Position numbers and translations under genes: made by a program. From the NCBI GenBank assembly GCA_016839805.1, contig JAEOTO010000006.1, positions 72,751 to 136,750 of the forward strand: a stretch of DNA of 64,000 nucleotides, read 5' to 3'. This stretch comes from Candidatus Hermodarchaeota archaeon (GTDB lineage: Archaea; Asgardarchaeota; Hermodarchaeia; Hermodarchaeales; Hermodarchaeaceae). Below are positions 38,933-47,335 of this stretch, in pieces (within the stretch, counting starts at the first letter, position 1; the number at the start of each line of letters is the position of its first letter). The notes under the pieces are model-generated. The model did no database searches. It had not been told where the DNA came from and saw only the letters and a program-made list of their open reading frames with translations.

Positions 38933-40846
38933 TTACGATGGTAATAACCCACGAGTAGAGAGATCTTTAGCAATTTCTTTTAGCCCTAAGGAGTCGAGGG
39001 TCTCCTTTGTTGGGACTCCTGTTGTCAAATCCCAGCCGTATAGGGAATAGTACTCGTCCAGCATAGGTTCTAAATTAACAGTTTGGCCCTTACTAGGACC
39101 ACTGGGAAACGGCTCGTGGGTAAAACGCCGGGGTAATCTATCATCTTTTCGAGTAAGACCTTCACGGACATTGAAGCACCGCTTCAGCGTCACTAACCGT
39201 GCTCCAATCTGCATCAGTTCCTCAACACTACCAAAGGCTGATTCCCCGGTGACCGATGTTAGAAGTTGGGCAAAGTCTTCAATCCAGAAAATTGGTGGCC
39301 ATGAGCAAGTATACCAGCACACAATTAGACTATCACGTATGGTATAGACCTTTTCTGTAACGACCGTAGCAAGGGCCTTGTACGTTTCAACATAGGGGTC
39401 ACAGATGTCCGGTAGTTTGTCCTCACCAAACCGTTCAGCAGCAACATCCTTGTAGGCTAATTGATCCATTGTTACCAAGTTACGTAAATGATCCGCACCA
39501 CGTGCCGCTACTGCGTGCCCTAAAGCCATAGATCGGTGTGCGCGACCATCCTGTCCGGATATTTCCATTCCCTTCACTGTCATGTCATAGGGTTCAGCTT
39601 CACTCCCTATTTGTCTGGCAATACGGTGACTACCTTCTGCCGCCATATCTCCCAATCCGTTGCGTTGTGCGATGGCGTGCATAAGCTGAATTAGCCCATT
39701 ATTATTTCCCCATTGGAGGTCTAATTCCTCTAATTCATCTTCTGAAAGTAAGTCGTGTTCCACCAATTCCATGAGAAATGCTGCAGTGCAGCCTGCACTG
39801 ATTACATCCAATCCATACTCGTTACACAAATGTTGAGCTTGCAGAATGGTTGGGATATCATCTATCCCCACGTTACTCCCCATAGCCATAATGCCCTCGT
39901 ATTCAGGTCCCTCAGTGATGAGGCCCTTATAGGGGCCTTCATCTACTTTGAAGGCTTTTTTACAGGCTAATCGACAAGTTCCACAGGCTCGACTAGTATG
40001 GTAGTAATAATCGTGAAAAGTCTCTGCAGATATCCGATCCCACCCTTCGTATACACCTTCCCGGTGATTATACGTGGGCAGTTCCCCGATGTTCTGCTTC
40101 GTTGCCACCAGGATGGCCGTGCCATATTTACGCATTTCGAGGGCCTGTGGGTTCTCTTGAACTCGTTGGTGGCCTTCTTCCCAGAAGGATTTGAACTGCT
40201 GTGGATCCGCGACATCCACACTGCCGGTTCCGCGTACTAATATGGCTTTTAGATTCTTACTTCCCATAACGGCTCCAAGACCCGTTCGCCCAGCAGCTCG
40301 TGCCCCATCTACCATAATCGCCGAAAACTTCACCAGATTTTCTCCAGCAGGTCCTATAACTGCGACGTGTCCGTGTTGCTGTTCTAACTCCTTTCTAATC
40401 TCCTTTGATGCCCTGAGAGTATTTTGCCCCCAATACGGTTTCCCTGAATGGAACTCAACATTTTGATCCACTACTGAAAGAACTGTGGGTTTTTCCGCTT
40501 GACCTTCAATAATGATGAAATCATATCCTGCATATTTCATCTCAGGCCCAAGGTGTCCACCCACATGGCTCTCCGCCCAAATCCCAGTAAGTGGCGATTT
40601 ACTCACAACAGCCATTCGACCAGCAGTAGGCCATATCGTTCCAGTCGCCGGACCCGTGCAGAAAAACAGTTTGTTGCTCGGTCCCAGTGGATCAATCCCC
40701 TGCGGAATTTCTTGATATAGAAGGTATCCAGCTAAGCCGGTTCCACCAATAAAACGTCGAGCAAGATCCGGCGATGTTGCGTTAATCTGTGTTTGTAGGT
40801 TCGAGAGGTTAATACGCAATATCTTCCCGCTATATCCTTTATACAT
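38933..40846 (-). CDS. aor: tungsten aldehyde:ferredoxin oxidoreductase
   Basis: KSPLTG, GPAGEN, GRTGLGAVMGSKNLKA, CGTCRLAC, EGPEYE, GLDVIS, DDRLPRRF. Confidence 0.93.
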   Translation of the reverse strand: MYKGYSGKILRINLSNLQTQINATSPDLARRFIGGTGLAGYLLYQEIPQGIDPLGPSNKLFFCTGPATGTIWPTAGRMAVVSKSPLTGIWAESHVGGHLGPEMKYAGYDFIIIEGQAEKPTVLSVVDQNVEFHSGKPYWGQNTLRASKEIRKELEQQHGHVAVIGPAGENLVKFSAIMVDGARAAGRTGLGAVMGSKNLKAILVRGTGSVDVADPQQFKSFWEEGHQRVQENPQALEMRKYGTAILVATKQNIGELPTYNHREGVYEGWDRISAETFHDYYYHTSRACGTCRLACKKAFKVDEGPYKGLITEGPEYEGIMAMGSNVGIDDIPTILQAQHLCNEYGLDVISAGCTAAFLMELVEHDLLSEDELEELDLQWGNNNGLIQLMHAIAQRNGLGDMAAEGSHRIARQIGSEAEPYDMTVKGMEISGQDGRAHRSMALGHAVAARGADHLRNLVTMDQLAYKDVAAERFGEDKLPDICDPYVETYKALATVVTEKVYTIRDSLIVCWYTCSWPPIFWIEDFAQLLTSVTGESAFGSVEELMQIGARLVTLKRCFNVREGLTRKDDRLPRRFTHEPFPSGPSKGQTVNLEPMLDEYYSLYGWDLTTGVPTKETLDSLGLKEIAKDLSTRGLLPS

Positions 40847-40847
40847 C

Positions 40848-41387
40848 CTATTTACCCTCCTGTCCTGGTAATGACAGTTCCTTTTGCTGGAGAAAATATT
40901 CCAGCGCCTCCATCATTTCCTCTACGGAAAATTCACCCTCAACCGGCTTTTTAGTAAAAATCAGTGCTTCCGTGGGACAGAACTTTACACATTGCGGATC
41001 TCCATCACAAAGATCACATTTCAACAGCATCTGACTTTTCTCATCAAGGCGAATCGCAAGTTTCTGCTGCGGGTCCACGGCATCCAACCCAATCACACAT
41101 ACGCTCACACACGTTCCGCATTGAATACACAACTCCTGATCCACTACTACTGCATTGGTCTTAATATCACGGGATATCGCCTCTTGCGGGCACGCCTCTA
41201 GACATGGTGCATCAACACATTGCTGACAAACAACAGGAACATCTTGAACCGTCTCATCAAACGACAACACTTGGATCCGCGCTTTGCTCGGCTGAAAAGT
41301 CCCCTCATGTACCTCACTGCAGACCAACTCACAGACACGGCATCCAGTGCACCGACTCGGAATCACAGCAACCCGCACACTTACCAC
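40848..41387 (-). CDS. 4Fe-4S dicluster protein (AOR partner)
   Basis: CTGCRVCELVC, CQQCVDAPCLEACP, CIQCGTCVSVC, KCDLCDGDPQCVKFCP. Confidence 0.92.
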   Translation of the reverse strand: MVSVRVAVIPSRCTGCRVCELVCSEVHEGTFQPSKARIQVLSFDETVQDVPVVCQQCVDAPCLEACPQEAISRDIKTNAVVVDQELCIQCGTCVSVCVIGLDAVDPQQKLAIRLDEKSQMLLKCDLCDGDPQCVKFCPTEALIFTKKPVEGEFSVEEMMEALEYFLQQKELSLPGQEGK

Positions 41388-41556
41388 ATTCCTAAAAAAT
41401 ACCAGCTAGAAGGCTGTAACATGCCAAAAAAACGTTGTGAATCAACCTCGAGATTTTCATCTCAAAGGACTCGTCACCGAACAGTTTTTTAGCGTTTGTC
41501 CCTAAACTCAAAGTTAGAACCATCGGAAGCGTCAAACAGTGGAAGACGAAGGAATC

Positions 41557-42084
41557 ATGCTCAAACTCGTCGTCGCTGGCGAAGGCGGCGTCGGCAAAAC
41601 CACCCTCATCCGAAGATACGTCGAAGGCGTATTCCATGATTCCAAAATGACCGTAGGCGCAGGCTTTGCCGCAAAACGACTAATTATAAATGACGGACAT
41701 GGTCCCACCGCACTAAAGCTCCAGCTATGGGATTTTGGCGGCGAGAAACGCTTCAGGTTTTTGTTGCCGAAGTTTTGTTTGGGCTCACGGGGAGCGATGT
41801 TAGCCTTTGATTTGAACCGGTTTAGTACCTTTCTCAAAATAGACCAGTGGCTAGATTTGATTCGAGAAAATACCGAGGATATTCCAATCGTTTTGATTGG
41901 AATGAAGGCAGACCTTCAGCGGGCTGTGAATCAGAAGGAAGTTATTCAATTTGCGAAAAAGCATGGGTTGAAAGCGTATTTTGAGACGAGTTCTAAGAAT
42001 GATCTGAATGTGACTCCAGCCTTTGAGTATATTGCGAAACAGATGCTGGAGTATGTTCGGAATCGAATATCACAAGCCTCTTAA
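41557..42084 (+). CDS. Rab-like small GTPase
   Basis: GEGGVGKTT, MTVG, LQLWDFGGEKRFR, GMKAD, ETSSK; no C-terminal Cys. Confidence 0.92.
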   Translation: MLKLVVAGEGGVGKTTLIRRYVEGVFHDSKMTVGAGFAAKRLIINDGHGPTALKLQLWDFGGEKRFRFLLPKFCLGSRGAMLAFDLNRFSTFLKIDQWLDLIRENTEDIPIVLIGMKADLQRAVNQKEVIQFAKKHGLKAYFETSSKNDLNVTPAFEYIAKQMLEYVRNRISQAS

Positions 42085-42119
42085 TGGCTTGCGGTATTCT
42101 GATTTTAGGTAATAATCAG

Positions 42120-43448
42120 ATGGGTGAGTACAGCTTGACAGACAAAGTTCTCAAAATGTATGGAAAAACCCATTATGTATCTGAGCTTGCTCCCTCAATG
42201 GAAGGAAAAGTCGTTACACTTACTGGGTGGGTGCATCGGAAGCGGGAACATGGTGGAGTCATCTTTATTATTGTCCGAGATCCTTCGGGGGTCATACAGG
42301 CCGCGGGGCACCGAGAGAAGTTGTCTGCGGCAATCTTTGATGAAATGCAGAAAGTGACCCTGGAATCGTCAATTCTTGTGACAGGGAGCATTGCTGTCGA
42401 TAAACGGGCTCCTTCTGGTATCGAACTAAAAGTAACCCATTTTGAAGTAGTAAATCTCGCAGATTCTGAATGGCCCCTTGATAAGGATGCTGGCGAATCT
42501 TTTCTGTTTGATAAACGCCATCTCTATCTTCGAAGTCCTAGTCAAACATCGATTATGCAAATCAAAGCAGGTATCAGTCGGGCTGCGCACCAGTTCTTTG
42601 ATGGCGAAGGGTTCACTGAAATCTTTCCTCCAATTATGGTAGGGGCCAGTGTGGAAGGTGGGGCGACGCTCTTTCCATTCAAATATTTTGGCGGTACTGC
42701 CTATCTTAGTCAAAGTGCTCAATTGTATGAAGAGGCAGCTATTTGTGGCCTTGAAAAAGTCTATCTTCTTTCTCCCAGTTTTCGGTCCGAAAAACATCGA
42801 ACTCGACGGCATCTCACAGAGTATTGGCATCTGGAAGCTGAGATTCTCTTTGGAGATCATGATGATATCATGGGGGTTCAAGAGCGGCTTGTGCATGCAA
42901 TGGTAATGTATGTAACAAAATATTACCAACGTCAGTTGGATATTCTTGCTGTGAAGGTTCGCGTGCCTAAACTACCCTTTAAAAGAATAACCTATGATTC
43001 AGCTCTGGAGATTGCGGAGCAACAGGGATTCAAGATCACTTGGGGAGAAGATTTAGGTACTGAAGCTGAACGTGCTGTGTCAAAGCAATTCAAAGATCCA
43101 TTCTTTATCACAGGTTATCCAACGGAGGCTCGATCATTCTATCACATGCCTGATCCTGACCGCCAAGAAGTAACTTTGAGTAGTGATCTCATTGCTCCAA
43201 AAGGATATGGAGAATTAACCAGCGGGGGCCAGCGGATTCATGATTTGGACCTACTTCTTAAACGGATAAAGAAGGAGAAACTTGATCCCACAGCATATAA
43301 TTGGTATCTAGAACTCCGGAAATTTGGTTTACCTCCCCATTCTGGTTTTGGCATGGGATTAGAACGCTTCCTTGTCTGGCTTCTGGAGCTCAAACATATC
43401 CGAGAAGCGTGCCTTTTCCCGCGCACACCTAGTCGAATCCATCCCTAA
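42120..43448 (+). CDS. asnS: asparagine--tRNA ligase
   Basis: VEGGATLF, LSQSAQLY, PSFRSEKHRTRRHLTEYWHLE, GELTSGGQR, PHSGFGMGLER; start approximate. Confidence 0.9.
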   Translation: MGEYSLTDKVLKMYGKTHYVSELAPSMEGKVVTLTGWVHRKREHGGVIFIIVRDPSGVIQAAGHREKLSAAIFDEMQKVTLESSILVTGSIAVDKRAPSGIELKVTHFEVVNLADSEWPLDKDAGESFLFDKRHLYLRSPSQTSIMQIKAGISRAAHQFFDGEGFTEIFPPIMVGASVEGGATLFPFKYFGGTAYLSQSAQLYEEAAICGLEKVYLLSPSFRSEKHRTRRHLTEYWHLEAEILFGDHDDIMGVQERLVHAMVMYVTKYYQRQLDILAVKVRVPKLPFKRITYDSALEIAEQQGFKITWGEDLGTEAERAVSKQFKDPFFITGYPTEARSFYHMPDPDRQEVTLSSDLIAPKGYGELTSGGQRIHDLDLLLKRIKKEKLDPTAYNWYLELRKFGLPPHSGFGMGLERFLVWLLELKHIREACLFPRTPSRIHP

Positions 43449-43552
43449 ATTTAATGCGAGCTCAATCTTTAACAAAAGAAAATGAATCCAGGACAAGCTT
43501 TTAGTGAGATTCCTGTTCTAGTAATCAACGCGCGGATATCCTGGTGCCTTAT

Positions 43553-44230
43553 ATGGTAGTACATGCAGTGTGGATTATCGATACTAGCGGAATACCGCTT
43601 TACCATAAGGCATATTCGCCCCTTGAATTTGATCCAACACTCTTTAGTAGTTTCTTTTCTTCATTGGTGCATTTCCAAAATGAATTAATGGGACGGCAAC
43701 TACAGGATATAACCTTTGAAGATATTTCATTCAGCTATATCGTTGATACCGGTCTTGTTTTCCTGGCCTGTGTGAAAAAAGACGCTGTTACAGGAAAATT
43801 GCTGGAAACTTTGCGTGATGTGTTTTTCAGGTTCTTTAAAGATGATTTGATCCTGCTTAGCAGTATGCTTCGAACAAGTCCGAGGGCGCGTGAGTTATTA
43901 CAGCAGTTTGAACTTGAGGTTGATAGACTAGTGGGATACGCACCTCAAAAGGAACCTGTTCCCGTTCGAGTGACGGCACTCCCTCGACTTTTACATAAGG
44001 ACTCGCCGATTCGACAGGATCTTCTAAACCGTTTTGGTATGAATGCGATTCTGGTAATTACCCTCTCTGATGGTCAGCATCGGATTAAAGATATTTCAGA
44101 CGCCTTAGATATTCCTCTCCAAGAAGTAGAAAGTATTGTACGTCATGCAGATCGACGAGGGTACTTGAAAGTCGTTTCAGCCTATAAAACAGATGAACCT
44201 AGTCCTGAATCTTATTTTCCAGAAGAATAA
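43553..44230 (+). CDS. longin-like domain + C-terminal winged helix
   Basis: VHAVWIIDTSGIPLY...DPTLFSSFFSSL..F (longin); DGQHRIKDIS...IVRHADRRGYL (wHTH). Confidence 0.75.
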   Translation: MVVHAVWIIDTSGIPLYHKAYSPLEFDPTLFSSFFSSLVHFQNELMGRQLQDITFEDISFSYIVDTGLVFLACVKKDAVTGKLLETLRDVFFRFFKDDLILLSSMLRTSPRARELLQQFELEVDRLVGYAPQKEPVPVRVTALPRLLHKDSPIRQDLLNRFGMNAILVITLSDGQHRIKDISDALDIPLQEVESIVRHADRRGYLKVVSAYKTDEPSPESYFPEE

Positions 44231-44231
44231 A

Positions 44232-45059
44232 TTACTTCGTTTCTTCATAACTGCGGCGGGGATCCTCAGCTTTGAATTTAGCAAGACATGTTTTTTCATA
44301 GCACTGAGAGCAAGTCTCATCACTTTGTTCCCATCGAGCTCGGAAAAGTGTTAGATAAACGGCTTTAAGCCAGTTTGCTGTCGAATATTCCACAACATCA
44401 TCTAGACCAGCCAATCCCTTCTCAGTAAGGGGGGCTGTTCCCCGCCATACACCAGTATCATCGACTAATACGCCATTAAAATGAAGATGTGAACATAAGC
44501 GAAATTCTATTCCATTGTTGGCTAGGATTCGGAGCGCATCGGCTTGTTTCCATCGTTCTACTCCCTGTATATGACCAGGGGGAGTAGTTAGAATCCGGAT
44601 TCTAACTCCGGCTTCATGTAATTCCTTCAATACTGTAAGCATATTCACCGCGGGTTTTTGTTGTTCTGGGTCGATTAAATCGACGGCATGAAGTTGGTGT
44701 GTAACAATGAGCACACGATATTGGGCCGATTGTAACATCTTTAGTAGTTGTGCAGCGACTGTTGGTCCACGGAGAATCTGAACCTCAGTAACCCCCTCCT
44801 GATCGGGTAAGCCCTCCGTGGTTGCATCTCGTCCCAGATATTTTCGTTTCAATTGTGTTGCGTTATTCGCATATTCTAGACTGCGTTGCATTAGAACTCC
44901 ACGTAATGAAGAGGTATTGGCCCGTTCAGCTAACGTACGAAGCTCTTGCGAGAGTTGAGTGAGAAGTTCAATTGCTTCAGGGATTTTTCCTTCCTCTTCA
45001 AGACGATGAGCTTCACTGGTTCTGATTCCAATTTCGCGGAGCTCTTTATCCAGGGACAA
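44232..45059 (-). CDS. MIT-like domain + degenerate PLD-fold protein
   Basis: EAHRLEEEGKIPEAIELL...RSLEYANNATQLK (MIT-like); AQYRVLIVT, GVRIRILT, HLHFNGVLVDD..VWRGTAPLT (PLD fold, HxK changed to HxN); TTG after GGAGG. Confidence 0.78.
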   Translation of the reverse strand: MSLDKELREIGIRTSEAHRLEEEGKIPEAIELLTQLSQELRTLAERANTSSLRGVLMQRSLEYANNATQLKRKYLGRDATTEGLPDQEGVTEVQILRGPTVAAQLLKMLQSAQYRVLIVTHQLHAVDLIDPEQQKPAVNMLTVLKELHEAGVRIRILTTPPGHIQGVERWKQADALRILANNGIEFRLCSHLHFNGVLVDDTGVWRGTAPLTEKGLAGLDDVVEYSTANWLKAVYLTLFRARWEQSDETCSQCYEKTCLAKFKAEDPRRSYEETK

Positions 45060-45223
45060 ATTTATTCCTCCCAGAATCAAGCCTACGATTCGCTAGGTAT
45101 TCGGGAATTTAATGCTTTGCTTATATGGTTTACAGTAACTGCCGATGAACTTTAAGCCCACTCTGTAGTATGACGAGTGGATGAAACGCGCACTAGCACT
45201 CAGATTATAGGAGGGCAAAGTCA

Positions 45224-46864
45224 ATCCCCCAGGTTCTTCGGAAAAGTTCACCATATTTTGAGGTCAATACGGTCGATGCTGATCTCATTGAGCAACTTAG
45301 TCAAGTCGCTGAACTCCTCACACCCCGTGAAGATGAGAAACCGATTCGATTCAAGTTGATTTTACAAAAAGCCGCAAAACAACCACTCAAAGACCTTCAA
45401 CAGCTCTTTGTGCAGGTAGATTACAAAATATCTCCCAGTCTTCAGAAGGCGATCCTTACCAAACAAGGTGTGACCCGATTCGCGGAACTTCGACTGCGGA
45501 AAAGTGACTTGATTCTTAAACCAACTGGATTCTTAGAACTTGCAGAAATTAAACTAATTTTAACTTACAATCCCAAAGAGCGAATTTTTCACGCCAGAAT
45601 AATGGATTACTACACCATCCACCAATTTTTACAAAATAAAGGATATCCCGTCATTACTCATTTTACACTCAACTTCAGCCTGCCTGGAGAAGTCACTGAC
45701 TCTCTCCAATTGGATATGGTGCTACGAGAATATCAAGAAGAAGCATTACGTCGCTGGGAAGGATCGAAATGCCGTGGGGTTGTTGTACTACCAACGGGTA
45801 GTGGAAAAACGATTGTAGCCTTGGAGGCAATTCGGAAGTTAGCAGAAAAAACACTCATCGTTGTTCCTACACTCGATTTAGTGAGTCAGTGGCGTGAAGA
45901 TCTGCAACTGCTGCTTCATGTTCCCGAAATCGGAATTTTAGGTGGAGGAAAAAAGGTACCTAAACCCATTACAGTCGCTACTTATGATTCTGCCTCATTA
46001 ATGGCTCATCAGTTGACCACCAGCTTCGGGCTTTTAGTCTTTGATGAAGTTCACCATCTTCCTAGCCCCACTTATCGATTAGCTGCAGAACTCTCGTTAG
46101 CACCTCATCGTCTTGGTTTGACAGCTACTCCAGAAAGATATGATGAGTTGCATCATGATTTGGACCGACTTGTGGGTCCTACGGTTTACCGCATAGCTCC
46201 TCAGCTTCTAGAAAAAAATGGTTATCTCGCTCCGTATGCGATTCACCAAATTCAAGTCACACTCAAACCCGAAGAAAAAACTCGATATGATTCTCATATG
46301 CGAATTTTCCGTAACTATACCCGCCGGCTTGATGATATTGAACCTGGTTGGCGATTCGAAACGATTGTAAAACGAACCATATTCGACCCAGAAGCACGGA
46401 AAGCTCTCTCAAATTTAGAGAAAGCTCGACGTGTTGCTCTAGAGGCATCAGCAAAACTCGACCAGATGGAGTCTCTTCTTGAACAATATCGAGACGCAAA
46501 AGTTATCATTTTCTCACGTTACACACGAATCGTAGAAAAGATATCAGATCTTTTTGGTATTCCTTTGATAACTCATAAAACCAAAGTCTCGGAACGCGAA
46601 CGGATCCTATCGAAGTTCAAAGAGGGGACTTTTACTAAAATCGTAACTGGACAGGTTCTGGATGAGGGTGTTGATGTACCGGATGCCTCCGTTGGTATAA
46701 TCATTTCCGGAACGGGTAGCAAACGGGAGTTCATTCAACGCTTGGGACGACTGCTACGTCCTCAAAAAGAACAAGCTATCTTATACGAACTTATCACCGA
46801 ATCAACGCTTGAAGATGGCATTTCTCAGCGAAGACAACTAGAGGATGAAGAAAATACCGATTAG
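45224..46864 (+). CDS. xpb: XPB/Rad25-like SF2 helicase
   Basis: LREYQEEA, LPTGSGKT, FDEVHH, LTATPER, LDEGVDVP, QRLGRLLR. Frame open 44 codons upstream of track start; AGGAGG at 45209 precedes ATC 45224. Confidence 0.88.
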   Translation: MPQVLRKSSPYFEVNTVDADLIEQLSQVAELLTPREDEKPIRFKLILQKAAKQPLKDLQQLFVQVDYKISPSLQKAILTKQGVTRFAELRLRKSDLILKPTGFLELAEIKLILTYNPKERIFHARIMDYYTIHQFLQNKGYPVITHFTLNFSLPGEVTDSLQLDMVLREYQEEALRRWEGSKCRGVVVLPTGSGKTIVALEAIRKLAEKTLIVVPTLDLVSQWREDLQLLLHVPEIGILGGGKKVPKPITVATYDSASLMAHQLTTSFGLLVFDEVHHLPSPTYRLAAELSLAPHRLGLTATPERYDELHHDLDRLVGPTVYRIAPQLLEKNGYLAPYAIHQIQVTLKPEEKTRYDSHMRIFRNYTRRLDDIEPGWRFETIVKRTIFDPEARKALSNLEKARRVALEASAKLDQMESLLEQYRDAKVIIFSRYTRIVEKISDLFGIPLITHKTKVSERERILSKFKEGTFTKIVTGQVLDEGVDVPDASVGIIISGTGSKREFIQRLGRLLRPQKEQAILYELITESTLEDGISQRRQLEDEENTD

Positions 46865-46888
46865 AGGGAAGTCACGTTAATGGCTGAG

Positions 46889-47233
46889 TTAATATCCTCT
46901 ACCCGGTCCCGCCATGATGAAAATTAATCCGATTAAGATTAAGATACCTGCACCCAATGAAATTATTGCAGGAATTAATAGAGTTCCTCCACTGGTTAAA
47001 TAAAACCATCCGACAAACCCGACAGCTACTGCAATGCAAATTCCACCGATAGCTAATTCAGCATAATGAGCTTCCTCACCAAGTGTTCCAGCTAAGAATA
47101 ACCCAGCAAGAAAGAACAGACCAGGAATTGCTGCAAGTTGCCAGACGACTGGGGTCAAAAAGAAGATGACAAATACTTGTAACCAGGCTGCTGCACCAAT
47201 CATGATACCGCCATAAAGAGCTGGACGAGCCAT
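46889..47233 (-). CDS. small 4-TM membrane protein
   Basis: Highly hydrophobic 114-aa ORF, GGTGA SD. Confidence 0.75.
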   Translation of the reverse strand: MARPALYGGIMIGAAAWLQVFVIFFLTPVVWQLAAIPGLFFLAGLFLAGTLGEEAHYAELAIGGICIAVAVGFVGWFYLTSGGTLLIPAIISLGAGILILIGLIFIMAGPGRGY

Positions 47234-47335
47234 AAATATCACCGTTTATATTAGGTGAACTAGACACACAAATCTGACTATTTATCTTTTAGGTAGCAAG
47301 TGTAATAGTAAGTAAGATTTCAAGGAGTTCGGACC

